Positions 24,531 through 33,600 of a DNA stretch of 37,820 nucleotides are shown here, one piece after another (position 1 is the first letter of the stretch; each line of letters starts with the position of its first letter). Source of the DNA: a virus (lineage: Duplodnaviria; Caudoviricetes); the IMG/VR virus record IMGVR_UViG_3300024187_000016, positions 1 to 37,820 of that record; one strand, written 5' to 3'. The position numbers and the translations under genes were made by a program. The notes under the pieces were generated by a model that was not told the DNA's origin, searched no databases, and saw only the letters and a program-made list of their open reading frames with translations.

Positions 24531-24559
24531 TTGCGCAGCCGACCGCCCGGTGCGATACT
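24531..24559 (+). promoter_or_regulatory. Promoter of the protease-capsid-tail operon
   Basis: TTGCGC (24531-24536), 17 bp spacer, GATACT (24554-24559), with TG at the extended -10 position. Confidence 0.6.
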
Positions 24560-24581
24560 GGCCAGCAGCTGTTCCGTAACC

Positions 24582-24642
24582 CAGAGGGCCACCGAGCCCC
24601 GATTCTGACGCCCGTTGAGGCGCGCGAGATCGGGGCTTTTCT
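24582..24642 (+). promoter_or_regulatory. Leader RNA switch: two com-type hairpins plus a competing RBS-masking/terminator stem
   Basis: Site 1 CA-GA-GGGC-CACC-GA-GCCC-C (24582-24600) and site 2 CT-GA-CGCC-CGTT-GA-GGCG-C (24605-24623). Alternative stem AGCCCCGAT (24595-24603) / ATCGGGGCT (24629-24637), then a U-rich run up to the ATG. Confidence 0.75.
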
Positions 24643-25224
24643 ATGGGCCTTGAGTACAAAAGCATCCCGTTCGCGGTCAAGGCCGCCGACCGGAACGCCG
24701 ATGACAGCGGCTGGGAGATCGCGGGACTCGCTAGCACGTGGTGGGGCGAGCCTGACAGTTACGGCGACGTCGTCCAGCCTGGCGCGTTCGCCGCGTCGAT
24801 CGCCGAGCGCGCGACCAAGTTTCTGTATGAGCATCACACGCCGATCGGCAAACAGCTCGAGCTCCGCGAGACCGACGAAGGGCTCTACGGCCGCTGGTCG
24901 GTCGTCGACACGATGGTCGGCACCGACGCCTACAAACTGGCGAAGGCCGGCGTCCTCGACAGCCTGAGCATCGGCTACATCCCGCTCGAGTGGGAGAGCC
25001 GCGGCGACGGCGCTCGCGTGCTCCAGAAGTGCGAGCTCTACGAGGTCTCGGCCGTCGCCATTCCGGCCAACACGAACGCCGTCATTACCGCCGTCAAGGC
25101 AGCAACGCCGCCCGCGCCGAGCCAGCCGCGTCTGAACGTCGGTGCCGAGCTGCGTCGTCGCCGACTGGCGCGCCACGGCATCGCCAACCTGAGCATCACA
25201 TCTGATGCTGGAGCCACATCATGA
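24643..25224 (+). CDS. HK97-family prohead maturation protease
   Basis: GLAS....DSYGDVV.PGAF, LYEH..PIG, GL, SLSIGY and LYEVSAVAIPAN. Confidence 0.95.
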   Translation: MGLEYKSIPFAVKAADRNADDSGWEIAGLASTWWGEPDSYGDVVQPGAFAASIAERATKFLYEHHTPIGKQLELRETDEGLYGRWSVVDTMVGTDAYKLAKAGVLDSLSIGYIPLEWESRGDGARVLQKCELYEVSAVAIPANTNAVITAVKAATPPAPSQPRLNVGAELRRRRLARHGIANLSITSDAGATS

Positions 25225-25382
25225 GCCAGCCACAGCCAGCCGCCCCGGACCGTCAGCCACGAGAGCGCCCCGAGCGTGACCAGCGAGCGCCGAAGGATCC
25301 GAACGCGCCGGCCGATCCCACGACCGAGCCCACTGATCCGAACCAGCCGGCGCCGGCGCCCGACGAGGAGGCTACACCGTGA
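25221..25382 (+). CDS. 53-aa Pro/Asp/Glu-rich disordered peptide, not in the ORF track
   Basis: ATGA overlap with the protease stop and GTGA overlap with the capsid start; MSQPQPAAPDRQPRERPERDQRAPKDPNAPADPTTEPTDPNQPAPAPDEEATP. Confidence 0.55.
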   Translation: MSQPQPAAPDRQPRERPERDQRAPKDPNAPADPTTEPTDPNQPAPAPDEEATP

Positions 25383-26680
25383 GCATGACCATCCCCGAGG
25401 CGCACGCCGAGATCCGTCGGCTCTATGACGCGGCAGCGGCGATCGAGAACAAGTACCCGTCCGGCCTGACCCAGGACGACAACGCCGAGGACTACGCCGA
25501 GGCCAAGCGCTTGCTCGGCGCAATCGACGGCCTCGAGGATGCGCTCTCCGGCCTCGAGGACGCCGCCGCCCGCAAGCAGCGCATCCTCGAGAACCAGAAG
25601 CGGCTCCGCCAGCCGGTCAACGGCCACACCCAGCCGGACGACGACGGGCCAGGCGGCGATGCCGGCCGGGCGCCGAAGATGTTCGGACGCCAGTTTGTCG
25701 AGAGCGGCGAGTACAAGCGGATCATCGAGAGCGGCGCGCTCAACAACCCGTCGACGCGCGTGGAGCTCGGCGTCAAACTTGACGGCTCGCTGCTCCACGA
25801 GCTGCTCCGCAAAGCGCTGGTCCACTCCGGGAGCGGCGTCGGCGGCGCGACGATCCGCCCCGACCGCGTCGCCGGGCCGGACTTCCTCTGGCGCCAGACC
25901 ACGCTCCTCGACCTGATCCCGACGTCCTCAACCACGTCGAACATGATCGAGTACTACGAGATGACCCTGTCGCAGAACGCGGCAGCTCCCGTCGCCGAGG
26001 CGACCAACACGACGGGTGCGACCGGCCTGAAGCCGGAGGGCGCGATCGGCTGGACACTGCGCCAGACGCCGGTGTCGACGATCGCGGAATGGGTGCCCAT
26101 TACCAATCAGATGCTCGCCGACTCGCCGGCCGTCCAGTCGATGATCGAGAACCAGCTGCTCACGCACCTGGCGCTGGCGCTGGAAACCCAGATCATCAGC
26201 GGCAACGGCACGGCGCCGAACCTGCTCGGCATCCTGTCGAATCCGAACATCCTGACGACCGGGCTCGGCGCCGGCTCCGGATCGGCGGCCGATGCCGTCT
26301 ACCACGCCATGACCGCCGTCATGGTCACCGGGCTCTCGAATCCGACCGCGTCGGTCTGGAACCCGGTCGACTTCGAGGCCGTCCGTCTCTCCCGCGAGAC
26401 GGGGGCAAGCGGCGGCGCTTACCTCATGGGCCCGCCCAGCGTGGCTGGCCCGACGACGCTCTGGGGCCGTCCGGTCGTGCTCTCGATCGGCACCCCGGTC
26501 GACACGGTCGTCGTCGCGGACTTCACCCAGATGACGCTGTATGACCGCGAGCAGAGCGCCATCCGGACCGGGACGATCAACGACCAGTTTATTCGGAACA
26601 TGCAAACCCTGCTGGCAGAGCTCCGGGCGGCGTTCGCGCTGTTCCGCCCGATGGCGGTCTGCCGGGTCACCGGGGCCTGA
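25379..26680 (+). CDS. Major capsid protein, HK97 fold, with N-terminal delta/scaffold region
   Basis: Coiled-coil N-terminus, VAE...KPE, TIAEWVPITNQMLAD, QIISGNG....LLGI, NP.D, TLWGRPVV and F.RNM..LLAE.R; GAGGAGG RBS. Confidence 0.96.
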   Translation: MSMTIPEAHAEIRRLYDAAAAIENKYPSGLTQDDNAEDYAEAKRLLGAIDGLEDALSGLEDAAARKQRILENQKRLRQPVNGHTQPDDDGPGGDAGRAPKMFGRQFVESGEYKRIIESGALNNPSTRVELGVKLDGSLLHELLRKALVHSGSGVGGATIRPDRVAGPDFLWRQTTLLDLIPTSSTTSNMIEYYEMTLSQNAAAPVAEATNTTGATGLKPEGAIGWTLRQTPVSTIAEWVPITNQMLADSPAVQSMIENQLLTHLALALETQIISGNGTAPNLLGILSNPNILTTGLGAGSGSAADAVYHAMTAVMVTGLSNPTASVWNPVDFEAVRLSRETGASGGAYLMGPPSVAGPTTLWGRPVVLSIGTPVDTVVVADFTQMTLYDREQSAIRTGTINDQFIRNMQTLLAELRAAFALFRPMAVCRVTGA

Positions 26681-26696
26681 CGCGGATGACATCCTG

Positions 26697-26954
26697 ATGA
26701 CGACCTACCGGGTGGGAGCCGAGGGAGCGACCGTCTTCACCCCAGACGGCGAGCCGCTCTACGTGCTCGCGCCCGGCCAGGTCGTCGTGCCTGGCTCATC
26801 GTCCATGCCGGGCTCGCTCGCGCATCAGCACGCCGACAACGAGAAGCGGCGCCGCGGCTACGCCGACAAGCGGATCCGGCCAGCCGAGGACAAAGCGACG
26901 CCGCCACGTCAGCCTGACCCGCGACTCCGCAATCCGCTGGCTGGGAGCGGCTGA
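26697..26954 (+). CDS. Small protein downstream of the capsid gene
   Basis: Position, a K..R...DK tail, and TGATG coupling to the next ORF. Confidence 0.6.
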   Translation: MTTYRVGAEGATVFTPDGEPLYVLAPGQVVVPGSSSMPGSLAHQHADNEKRRRGYADKRIRPAEDKATPPRQPDPRLRNPLAGSG

Positions 26955-27058
26955 TGCGCGTTCGGCCGCTCCTGCTCCGGCTGGCGATGTACGTCTGGGG
27001 CGTGCTCACCGGGGCCGTCGTCGCGCTCGCGAACTGCTCGCGACTCGGGGCATGCTGA
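26954..27058 (+). CDS. 34-aa hydrophobic peptide, not in the ORF track
   Basis: MRVRPLLLRLAMYVWGVLTGAVVALANCSRLGAC; TGATG-coupled on both sides, with a GGGAG RBS. Confidence 0.55.
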   Translation: MRVRPLLLRLAMYVWGVLTGAVVALANCSRLGAC

Positions 27059-27648
27059 TGGTGACCTACACCGACCCGGCCAGGATCGCGGCGCAGCTGG
27101 GCGCGACGTTCACGCCCGACCAGGAGACGCGGGCGTTGGTCGTCGCCGACGCCGTGACGGCCTGGATCGACCAGCGCACCGGGCGGTCCTGGCAGGCCGA
27201 ACCAGGCACGATCGCCGGCGAGCTGCACCAGCTCTACGATGACAGCGTGACCCTGGCGTCGCCGCCGGTCTCGGCGATCACGTCAATCGCGGTCCACCCG
27301 GGCTCGGGTGTCGGCGCCTGGCAGACGCTCAATCCCGCCGACTACGCGCTCTTCGACCCGATCCGCGGCGTGGTCTTCCTGCCGCACGGCTACGCCGGCC
27401 AGTGGGTGCAGGTGACGTACACGAGCACGGCGGCTGGTCCGCCGGCCGACATCGCCGCTGCGGCCGACGTCCTGGCGGCCGACCTGCTGCTGACGACGCT
27501 GAACCCGGAGTCGGCGGGCGCGGACACCGTCTCGGTCGGCCAGAACGACATTAGCGTCAAGTACGCCGGCGCGTCAGGGCAGCAGTCGGCCAGCATCAAG
27601 CAGGCGATCGCGGCTGTGGACGCGCACCGCCGGCCGGTCCTGGCCTGA
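27058..27648 (+). CDS. Head-tail adaptor (HK97 gp6 / SPP1 gp15-like)
   Basis: YT....I, ID..TGR.W, PV.AITSI, VQVTY...PADI..A; position after the capsid gene. Confidence 0.75.
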   Translation: MVTYTDPARIAAQLGATFTPDQETRALVVADAVTAWIDQRTGRSWQAEPGTIAGELHQLYDDSVTLASPPVSAITSIAVHPGSGVGAWQTLNPADYALFDPIRGVVFLPHGYAGQWVQVTYTSTAAGPPADIAAAADVLAADLLLTTLNPESAGADTVSVGQNDISVKYAGASGQQSASIKQAIAAVDAHRRPVLA

Positions 27649-27650
27649 TC

Positions 27651-28007
27651 GTGCCGGCTAACCTGAGCGGGCTGCGCGCACGCCGTCAGGCGTTCCTGAT
27701 CGACCGCTGCGTGATCTCGCGCTACACCGAGACCAGCACCAGCGACGGCGTCGAGCACACCTGGGCCGAGATCGCCGCCGACGTGCCGTGCGAGGTCTGG
27801 CCGAGCGGGGTCTCTGCGACCGAGGCGGTCGGCGCCGCGTCCGCGCTCCGGGCCATCTCGACCTGGACGATCTCGCTCCCGTACGGGACCGACGTGACGG
27901 TGCGTGACCGCGTCACGCTCGCCGACGGCCGCGTGTTCGAGGCCGCGCGCGTCGACGTGCGCACCTACGAGGCGTGCCGCGACGTGATCGGGGAGCTGGT
28001 GAGTTAA
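27651..28007 (+). CDS. Head closure / head-tail joining protein
   Basis: D.C.I.R...DG....W...VPC...LPYGTDV...DRV pattern and position. Confidence 0.75.
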   Translation: MPANLSGLRARRQAFLIDRCVISRYTETSTSDGVEHTWAEIAADVPCEVWPSGVSATEAVGAASALRAISTWTISLPYGTDVTVRDRVTLADGRVFEAARVDVRTYEACRDVIGELVS

Positions 28008-28225
28008 TGGATGCGCTCTTGATCGGATTCGTGTGGCTGCTCCTCTATGCGCTCGCGATCGCGCTGGGCTGCTACATCGTCGTGCGGCTGGCGACCCTGT
28101 TTGTGCCTGCCTTTGCGCCGTTCGCCTGGATCGTCTGGTGCATCGGCGGCCTGATCCTGCTGGTGTTGGCGCTGCGCCTGTTCGCTCCGCTGCTCGGCGC
28201 GCTGCTCGTGAGCGGGGTCGAGTAA
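28007..28225 (+). CDS. Two-TM membrane protein inside the neck operon
   Basis: 72 aa, almost entirely hydrophobic; TAATG-coupled on both sides. Confidence 0.7.
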   Translation: MDALLIGFVWLLLYALAIALGCYIVVRLATLFVPAFAPFAWIVWCIGGLILLVLALRLFAPLLGALLVSGVE

Positions 28226-28578
28226 TGGCCGCACCATCGGGCGTGACGATCCGCGTCGTCTTCAACAAGCTCCCGCAGGTAGCTACCGGCCTCCACGCCG
28301 GCGCGGTCGCCGAGGTCGCCAAGGCGGCACACGATATCGAGGCCGCGGCGAAGGCGAAGACGCCAGTGAAGACCGGCACCTTGATGCGGAGTTACCACAC
28401 GGTCATTGCGTCGGGCGGGCTCTCCGCGACCGTGGGCTCCAACCTGACCTACGCCCCGCACGTGGAATTCGGAACGAGGCACATGGCAGCGAGGCCTCAC
28501 CTACGCCCCGCTGCCGAGCTCGTCCTACCTCGATTCACCGAGGCGATGAAGGCCCTGACGCGGCGAGGCGGGCTCTGA
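28225..28578 (+). CDS. HK97 gp10-family tail completion protein
   Basis: AK..TPVKTGTL.RS...YAPHVEFGT.HM.ARPHLRPA. Confidence 0.9.
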   Translation: MAAPSGVTIRVVFNKLPQVATGLHAGAVAEVAKAAHDIEAAAKAKTPVKTGTLMRSYHTVIASGGLSATVGSNLTYAPHVEFGTRHMAARPHLRPAAELVLPRFTEAMKALTRRGGL

Positions 28579-29000
28579 TGGCCGTCGAAGCCCAGAAAGT
28601 GGCGGCCTTCGTCTTTGACAGTCTCAAGGCCGACGCCACGTTCAACGCGGCGATCGGCGGACGTCTGTACAGAGACATCGTGCCGCAGGCCGCGGCGCTG
28701 CCGGCCGCGACCGTGACCGTCGTCTCGTCGACCGACAGCAACACGCTCGGCGGCGACAGAGCGTTCGGCGTCGTGCTTGTCGACGTCCGCGTGGTGGGCG
28801 CCGGCAGCTCGTACGGGCCGATCAACGCCGCGGCCGACCGTGCGGACGCCGTGCTCCAGAACCGCACCGGGTCGAGCGGCGGCGTCCAGGTCGTCGAGCT
28901 CCGCCGCGATCAGACGCAGGTCTTTCTCGAGTCGGAGAGCGGCCAGACGTTCGCGCACATCATCCAGACCTGGCGCTCGGAAGCGCACCAGCAGGCGTAG
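28578..29000 (+). CDS. Tail terminator (DUF3168-like)
   Basis: L.AD.......GGRLY....PQ.A..P pattern and position before the tail tube gene. Confidence 0.75.
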   Translation: MAVEAQKVAAFVFDSLKADATFNAAIGGRLYRDIVPQAAALPAATVTVVSSTDSNTLGGDRAFGVVLVDVRVVGAGSSYGPINAAADRADAVLQNRTGSSGGVQVVELRRDQTQVFLESESGQTFAHIIQTWRSEAHQQA

Positions 29001-29013
29001 AGGGGACGGTACG

Positions 29014-30006
29014 ATGCCAGATCGTTTCACAGTTCAAGAGGTATGCGAGGTCGGGATTGAATCCGTGATCGGGACCGCCGTCCCATCAAAGTACAAGATG
29101 TCTGGTCTCGTGATCGACATTGATACCGCGCTCGAATTGGATCGGATCGCGCCGTCGGGTAACCTGTTCGATACCATCGCCGCTCCACGGCAAGAACACG
29201 CGGCAGGCTCGCTCTCGGGATTCCCACTCTATACCGAGCTGCCGCTGGTCTTCTCGAACGTCTTCGGCGCGGCAACCATCACGACGCCGACCGGCGCGAC
29301 GCTGGCGAAGCAGTGGGCCTGGGCGCCGTCGTCGGCCGTGCCGTGGGTACCACTGACCTGGACGATCAGACGGGGCATGGCCGGCAACACGGCCGAGCTC
29401 GCAAGCTACGGCCTGCTCTCCGGCGTGAACATGAGCTTCTCGCGGACGGCGACGCCGGAGATCGGCGGGACGCTCTTCGCGAAGGCGCTCGACTACGCCG
29501 CGAGCGTCGGCGCGACTGGCCTGGTCCCGCTCGACGTGATTCCCATTCTCCCGACGCAGGTCTGCGTCTACCTGGACCCGACGGCCGCGGCGATCGGGAC
29601 GACCAAGCTGACGCGGGACTTCCTGGCGTCGTTCGAGATCAGCGATCTGTTCGGCCCGTTCTGGCCGCTCGACTGCCAGAACCCGTCGTTCGGCGGCCAC
29701 GCGCCGCTGAAGCCAGGGGCGATCGCGACGCTTCAGCTCGGCAACGACACCCAGGGGCGGGCGCTCGTGACGAACATGCGCGCTGGGACCAGCGTCTACT
29801 GCCGGATCGAGGCGACCGGGCCAATCATCGAGACGACGGTCGCGCACCGACTGCGGATCGACATGGCGCTGAAGGTGGTCGAAGCGCCGACGCGCGGCGA
29901 CAGTGACGGCCTGTCAACGCTGGAATGGGGCTTCGGCATCTTCGACGACCCGTCGTTCGGCGGGGCGATCAAGGTCCAGGTCATCACGAACCTGGCGACG
30001 CTCTAG
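29014..30006 (+). CDS. Major tail (tube) protein
   Basis: Beta-rich 330-aa protein beginning VG.ES..GTAV and ending V.TN. Start at ATG 29014 after AGAGGGG; lies between the terminator and chaperone genes. Confidence 0.8.
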   Translation: MPDRFTVQEVCEVGIESVIGTAVPSKYKMSGLVIDIDTALELDRIAPSGNLFDTIAAPRQEHAAGSLSGFPLYTELPLVFSNVFGAATITTPTGATLAKQWAWAPSSAVPWVPLTWTIRRGMAGNTAELASYGLLSGVNMSFSRTATPEIGGTLFAKALDYAASVGATGLVPLDVIPILPTQVCVYLDPTAAAIGTTKLTRDFLASFEISDLFGPFWPLDCQNPSFGGHAPLKPGAIATLQLGNDTQGRALVTNMRAGTSVYCRIEATGPIIETTVAHRLRIDMALKVVEAPTRGDSDGLSTLEWGFGIFDDPSFGGAIKVQVITNLATL

Positions 30007-30016
30007 GGGAGGCGCT

Positions 30017-30595
30017 ATGCCGTATGACCTGGCCTCCGTCGAGCGCGGCTATGGCGAGATCGACTGTGAGTGGAATGGGCACACCATCACGCTCCGCTAC
30101 CGCGCCGACCTGAACAACCGCGCGCTGATCGCGATGAAGCGGCTCATGATCGGGGTACTCGCGCTCGACGGCGTGACGCGCTTCCCGGACGTCGAGGCGA
30201 TGATCGACGAGCTGCAGCGCGTGCTGTTGCCGAGCGGGCCGGAGGTGCCGAAGGAGCGGCGCGGCTGGGATCTCACTGACGGCGGGAAGAGCATCCCGAT
30301 CACGTTCGACGCGCTGGTCGACCTGCCGCCGGGGCTGCCGGCCGCGATGCTCGGCGCGATCTTCCGGGACGTCAACGACCCAAACCGCAAACGGCTCTCC
30401 AGCGCTGGCTGGTCTCAGGAGGCAAGCTCGGAGAGCCACCCGACTACTTCGGCATCATCCGCGACGCTAAATGGTCAGGCATCGCTCCCTGGACCCTCGC
30501 CGGACTTGAGCATACCCGTGACGGTGTCTGCTGGCGCTTCTGGATCCGAACGGTCCGGAACGCCGAGATCGCCGCGGAAAACGAGCTCGCCCTGA
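30017..30595 (+). CDS. Tail assembly chaperone (gpG-like)
   Basis: Lies between the tube and tape measure genes; GGGAGG RBS, WDLTD motif and an internal slippery site. Confidence 0.8.
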   Translation: MPYDLASVERGYGEIDCEWNGHTITLRYRADLNNRALIAMKRLMIGVLALDGVTRFPDVEAMIDELQRVLLPSGPEVPKERRGWDLTDGGKSIPITFDALVDLPPGLPAAMLGAIFRDVNDPNRKRLSSAGWSQEASSESHPTTSASSATLNGQASLPGPSPDLSIPVTVSAGASGSERSGTPRSPRKTSSP

Positions 30596-30651
30596 AGCGG
30601 GAGCGGCACCAGAAGATGCAGGCGCTCATGAACCGCAGCCGGAGACACTGA
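30379..30651 (+). CDS. -1 frameshift extension of the tail chaperone (gpGT-like)
   Basis: In-frame heptamer C CCA AAC (30379-30385). The -1 frame reads PKPQTALQRWLVSGGKLGEPPDYFGIIRDAKWSGIAPW...NRSRRH and stops at 30651, 3 nt before the tape measure start. Confidence 0.85.
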   Translation, partial: PKPQTALQRWLVSGGKLGEPPDYFGIIRDAKWSGIAPWTLAGLEHTRDGVCWRFWIRTVRNAEIAAENELALKRERHQKMQALMNRSRRH

Positions 30652-30654
30652 GCC

Positions 30655-33600
30655 GTGCCGGATGTAGCATCGCTCAGCGTGGTCGTGAGTGCGAATACGA
30701 CCGACCTTGAGCGCGGCTTGCAGCAAGCCGACCAGCAGGTCTCGTCGTTCGGGAAGTCGATGGCGTCGGTCTTCTCGGGGATTGGCGTCGGCCTGGGCAT
30801 CAAAGCGTTCGATGTAATCACCGACGGCTTCAAAGCAGCCGGAGATGCCGCGATCGGTTTCAACTCGAACATGGAGCAGTCGACGATCGCGTTCACCTCG
30901 ATGCTCGGGAGCGCCGAGAAGGCTCAGGCATTCCTGGACGACATGAAGCAATTCGCGGCAACGACGCCGTTCGAGTTCCCCGATCTGCTGCAAGCCTCAA
31001 AGCAGATGATGGCGTTCGGGTTCGCCGCGCAGGACGTCCGTCCACTGCTGACGGCGGTCGGATCGGCAGCGGCGGCGATGGGTACCGGGCGCTCCGGCGT
31101 CGACTCGATCACGAAGGCGCTCGGCCAGATGAAGGCCGCGACCGTCGTCCAGGCGGGCGAGCTGAACCAGTTGACCGAGCAGGGCGTGCCGGCGTTCCAG
31201 ATCCTTGCGGACGCGATGGGGATATCCACGGGCGAGGTCAAGAAGCTCGCGTCAGAGGGCAAGATCGCCTCAGACGTGTTTATCACCGCATTCCAGAACT
31301 GGGCGCAGAACAACTACGGCGACATGATGGCGAAGCAGGCGCTCACGTTCGAGGGTGCCATCTCGACCATCAAGGACTCGCTGACGTTCGCCGCGGCCGA
31401 GGCGTTCAAGCCGTTCTTCGAGCTGATGTCCGCCGGCGCGGTGCAACTTGCGTCGTTCGTGCAGTCGGACACGTTCGCGTCCTGGGCTCAGGCGACAGCC
31501 GCGACCGTCCGTACCGCGTTCCAGGTCATCGCCGATTCAGTCAGGACGATTCAGCAGGTCATGGCCGGCGACTGGAGCCCGGCCGAGAACATCCAGCCGG
31601 TGACGCTGGCCGTCGGCGAGCTCGCCGTCGCGTTCCGTGACAATCTCTGGCCGGCGATTCAGGTCGTCGTCGGCTTCGTGACCGGGACGCTGGTGCCGGC
31701 GCTCCAGGCGGTCGGGACGTTCCTGGCCGAGCACGCGGAGCTGATCGCCGGGCTCGCTGCGGCCTGGGCGGCGTTCGCCGTCATCTCGACCGTGGCGGGC
31801 TGGATCATGGGGGCCATCGCCGCGTTCGGCGCGTTCTCGACGGCGATCACCGCGGCCGGCGGCGTGATCGCGGCCATCATCGCCGTGATCGGCGGCCCGC
31901 TGACGCTGGTCATCCTGGCGATCGCCGCCGTCATTGGGGTGCTGACGGCCGCCTGGATCGGCAACTGGGGCGACATCCAGGGGAAGACCGCAACGGCCAT
32001 CGCCGCGATCACGGCGGCGATCCAGACCGGCCTGACGGCGATTCAGGGGTTCTGGACGGCGCACGGCCAGCAGATCATGACGATCGTCACGGCGTTCTGG
32101 ACGATCATCACGACGCAGTTCACGCTGGCCTGGACGGTCCTGAGCGGCATCATCACCGTCGGCATGCAGCTGCTCTCCGGCGACTGGCAGGCCGCCTGGA
32201 CGACGATCACCACGGTCGCTCAGGCGATCTGGGATTCCTGGGGCACCATCCTGACCGCTGTCTGGACGATCATCACGACGCTGTTCGGCGAGCAGATCGC
32301 GGCCGTGCAGTCGGCCTGGACCGCCGGCTGGACGGCCATCGAGACCGCGCTGCAAACGGCCTGGACGACGATCCAGGGCGTCGTCCAGGCCGGCTGGGAC
32401 GCCGTTACCGGGATCTTCACGGCCGCCTGGAATCTCCTCTCGGCGGAGAACCAAACGCGCGTGACGGCGCTGATCACGCTGATCACCGAGCTCTGGACGA
32501 CGCTCGGCCAGCTCTGGACGACCGGCACGACCGCCGTCACGACGCTCGTGACGACCTGGTGGGCGGGGCAGGTGACGTTCTGGACGACGCAGACGACGGC
32601 GTTCGTGACGTTCCTCACCCGGTGGTGGGCGGATATCGTCGCGCTCTGGACGAAGGCCCAGGACGACGTCGCGGCGCTCGTCGAGCCGTGGTGGACGACC
32701 ATCAAGGGCTATTGGGACGTAGCGCTCAAGTACATCACGGACGCGCTCGCGAAGGTCTGGGCCGACATCGTCACGGCGACGACAACGTTCTTTACCGATC
32801 TCGGCACGAAGTTCACCGAGGCGCAGACGACGCTCGGCCAGGCCGCAACCGACCTCGGCACCGCGATCATGGAGTCGCTCAAGACCGCGATCAATGCGAA
32901 GGTGCAGTCGATCGTCGACAGCGTGACGGGCGCCGTGAAGAGCGCGCTCGACGCAGCGCGGAGCCTGATCGGCGGCGCGTCGGGATCGTCTGGCAATGCC
33001 GCCTGGGACCAGATCGCCCGCGAGGAAGGTGTCGACCCGTCGCTGCTGGCGTCGCTGATCCAGCAGGAGAGCGGCGGCAACCAGTCGGCCAGGTCCGGAG
33101 CCGGCGCGATCGGACTGACCCAGCTCATGCCCGGCACCGCGGCCAGCATGGGGCTCGACCCGAACGACCCGGCCCAGAACGTCCGCGGCGGCGCTCGCTA
33201 CCTGAAGCAGATGCTCGACCAGTTCGGCGACGAGGAGCGCGCGCTGATCGCCTACAACGCCGGACCTGGCGGAGGATCGCCGGCCGAGTCGCGGGCCTAT
33301 GCTCAGCGAGTCCTAGCCGGGCGGGTCAAGCTGCCGGCTGGCGTCGGCGCCGCGCAGCAGAACATGACGCCGCAGATTAACCAGTTCGGCCTTCAGGGCG
33401 GCACGCTCACGGCAGCCGAGGCCGCGGCGTTCTGCGGTCCGGCCGCGGCGATGTGGTTCGCGAATATCTACGGACGGATGCCGGACAAGGCCGAGGCCGA
33501 GGCGATGGCGCGGAGCATCGGCTGGACGCCCGAGTGGGGCATGACCGGGCCGGGCTCCGAGCAGCGGCTGCTCTCGATGATGGGCGTCGCGTCGAACGTC

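Noticed and set aside
26541-26954. Frameshift extension of the capsid protein into the next ORF
   Set aside because: The overlap is in the +1 frame with no recognisable slippery site; an independent ATG at 26697 explains the ORF.
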